From NCBI GenBank assembly GCA_017403145.1, contig JAFQOO010000005.1:174008-238007 (forward strand): 64,000 nucleotides of DNA. Direction: 5' to 3'. Source of the stretch: Clostridia bacterium. GTDB taxonomy: Bacteria; Bacillota; Clostridia; Christensenellales; DTU072. The notes beneath the pieces are model-generated. The model was not told where the DNA came from and searched no databases. It saw only the letters and a program-made list of their open reading frames with translations. Position 1 is the stretch's first letter. Each line of letters opens with the position of its first letter. The position numbers and the translations under genes are program-made. Below, one piece after another: positions 62,137 to 64,000 of this stretch.

Positions 62137-62309
62137 ACAGGTACACCTTTAGACATTATAATCTATACTAATATTACATTATAAAATTATAAAAGTCAAT
62201 ACTTATATTTTAAAAAGGCGTACGCGCGTAATAATCAAAACTGCTACTTGCATTATTTTTGCATTCAATATATAATCTAATTAACAAACTCAAAAAAGGC
62301 AAAATATTT

Positions 62310-62996
62310 ATGAAGTTAACGGTTTTAGGAAAATATGGTCCCTATCCTAATGGTGCAAATACTGCTTGTAGCGGTTATTTAATTGAACAGGATTCAACAA
62401 AAATTTTAGTTGATTGTGGTTCTGGTGTTTTATCTAGACTTATCTCTGCTATAGATATAAATGAATTAAGTGCAATCTATTTAACTCATTTACATTTCGA
62501 CCACACCTCCGATTTATTACCAATGGGATACTTGCTTGATGATTTGAACAAAGACGTTCCCGTATATACACATTTGACAAATTGTGAATATGAGAAAATA
62601 TTGTTTAAAAACAAACACTTTATTACAACCCATATTGATGGCAACTCAATAGTTAATATTGGGAACCTAAAGCTATCTTTTATGGAAATGTGTCATCCGG
62701 TAATAAATTTTGGTGTTTTAATTGAAGGCGACAAAAAATTGGGTATAACCGGGGACACTAAGTATTGCGAAAACGTCATAAGCTTAGCTAAACAAAGTGA
62801 TTATTTACTAGCCGATTGCTCAAAGCCTATAGGCTTTAATGGACCTCATATGGGTGCTGAATGGGCTTTGGAAATTGTTAAAGAAAGCGGAACAACTATT
62901 CTTGCAACTCACCTAAGTCCATTTACTCAAAACGATATCTTTAAAAATCAAGAAAGAATAATTTCTGTTGAAGAATTGAAAACGTATTACTTATAA
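62310..62996 (+). CDS. MBL-fold metallohydrolase (RNase Z/YhfI-like)
   Basis: MKLTVLG, SGYL, DCGSG, THLHFDH, TGDT, THL. Confidence 0.88.
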   Translation: MKLTVLGKYGPYPNGANTACSGYLIEQDSTKILVDCGSGVLSRLISAIDINELSAIYLTHLHFDHTSDLLPMGYLLDDLNKDVPVYTHLTNCEYEKILFKNKHFITTHIDGNSIVNIGNLKLSFMEMCHPVINFGVLIEGDKKLGITGDTKYCENVISLAKQSDYLLADCSKPIGFNGPHMGAEWALEIVKESGTTILATHLSPFTQNDIFKNQERIISVEELKTYYL

Positions 62997-62997
62997 A

Positions 62998-63969
62998 ATG
63001 AACGTAAAAAGAAAGAAAGTCGTACTTCCAAAAGAAACAAAATTTGATTCTGTCATTTTTGGAATTATTTCTAAACAATACTATGAAGACTACCTCGATA
63101 ACGTTGAAGAACGTATTGGTGGTCCACTTATTTATGCAAATAGTGCTTGTGCATCAAACAATTCTTACGTTGCATTGGTAACCAAATTTTCCGATGAAGA
63201 TTCTTTTATGCTAGATTATCTAAATGGAAAAAATTCCAAAATATTCCACTACAATGATACTAACTCACATTGTTTAACTATAAAATTGAAGAAAATCAAT
63301 CAAACACAAGAGAAAGCATTTGTATATTATGATTTAAGAACGACGACTTTCAATGAAGCTAATTTACCAAACGTTAGTGCATATAATTACGTATTTCTTG
63401 AGGGTGCTATTGGAGATTACGACTTAAATTTAATTAAAAAATGCTCTGAACTTGGGGACGTCGCTCTTGATGGTTCGGCATTCATAAATAAAGTAGACAA
63501 TACTACAGGATTATTGACTTATACCGAAGACAACAACATTAAAGAAATAATCCCCTATTGTCATTATATTAAATTCACTTGCGAAGAAAGTGAGCTCTTA
63601 ACCGGCAAAACCAACGTTAAAGAAGCTTGCGAGATAATAAAATCTTGGGGCGCGCAAGAAATAATAATAACTAAAAGAGATATAGTATGCGTACTAGATA
63701 AAAATGGAAATTATATTGAAGAACGTATAGTTGAAAAACCAAACCTAAACTATGCTTTTTTAGATACTACGGTCTTCGTATCCTACGTAAATCAAAGGAT
63801 TACCTCCGACCCCATTTATTCATTATATTGTGCGTGCGCTATAGGCACTCTAAAATTAAAACGACCTGGACCGCTATTATGTAATCGTGCAGATATTGAC
63901 CACTGCTTAAAATTCTATTATTATTTTAAACCCGTTGAAACAATAGAACCGGTCGAAGACGATATTTAG
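62998..63969 (+). CDS. PfkB/ribokinase-fold protein with degenerate anion hole
   Basis: IGGPLIYA, KFTCEESELLTG, WGAQEIIIT; the DxxGxGD position reads NYAFLDT. Confidence 0.7.
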   Translation: MNVKRKKVVLPKETKFDSVIFGIISKQYYEDYLDNVEERIGGPLIYANSACASNNSYVALVTKFSDEDSFMLDYLNGKNSKIFHYNDTNSHCLTIKLKKINQTQEKAFVYYDLRTTTFNEANLPNVSAYNYVFLEGAIGDYDLNLIKKCSELGDVALDGSAFINKVDNTTGLLTYTEDNNIKEIIPYCHYIKFTCEESELLTGKTNVKEACEIIKSWGAQEIIITKRDIVCVLDKNGNYIEERIVEKPNLNYAFLDTTVFVSYVNQRITSDPIYSLYCACAIGTLKLKRPGPLLCNRADIDHCLKFYYYFKPVETIEPVEDDI

Positions 63970-63970
63970 T

Positions 63971-63998
63971 AAAAAAGAACCTATTAGGTTCTTTTTTT
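63971..63998 (+). terminator. Terminator
   Basis: aaaaaagaacc-tatta-ggttctttttt. Confidence 0.75.
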
Positions 63999-64000
63999 AA

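Overview
Low-GC, gene-dense chromosomal segment of a spore-forming Clostridia-class bacterium, with most genes on the minus strand. It contains: xseA(5' part)-nusB-asp23; a complete spoIIIAA-AH operon; efp/pepP; spoVAC/D/E; spoIIAA-AB-sigF; an HtrA lipoprotein; a CoA-disulfide reductase; a six-tRNA cluster; a P-type ATPase; the conserved ruvCAB-queA-tgt-yajC / scfA-scfB (SCIFF ranthipeptide) / secDF-recJ-rel block; a TM1266-family gene plus NitT/TauT-type ABC importer; galU-clpC-hpf-pgi; two tRNA-Leu genes; a four-gene glycoside hydrolase cluster; and an LRR surface-lipoprotein operon. I saw no CRISPR array, prophage, integrase or transposase. The best candidates for something undescribed are: (1) a structured attenuator-like leader controlling a TM1266-family (hydrogenase-maturase-associated) gene and an ABC importer; (2) a full-length PurL homologue that has lost its catalytic residues, in an operon with a surface LRR lipoprotein, plus two other apparent pseudoenzymes; (3) several leaderless genes; (4) strong GATC/CATG depletion; (5) unannotated small ORFs. 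All calls come from visual motif recognition; no database searches were run.
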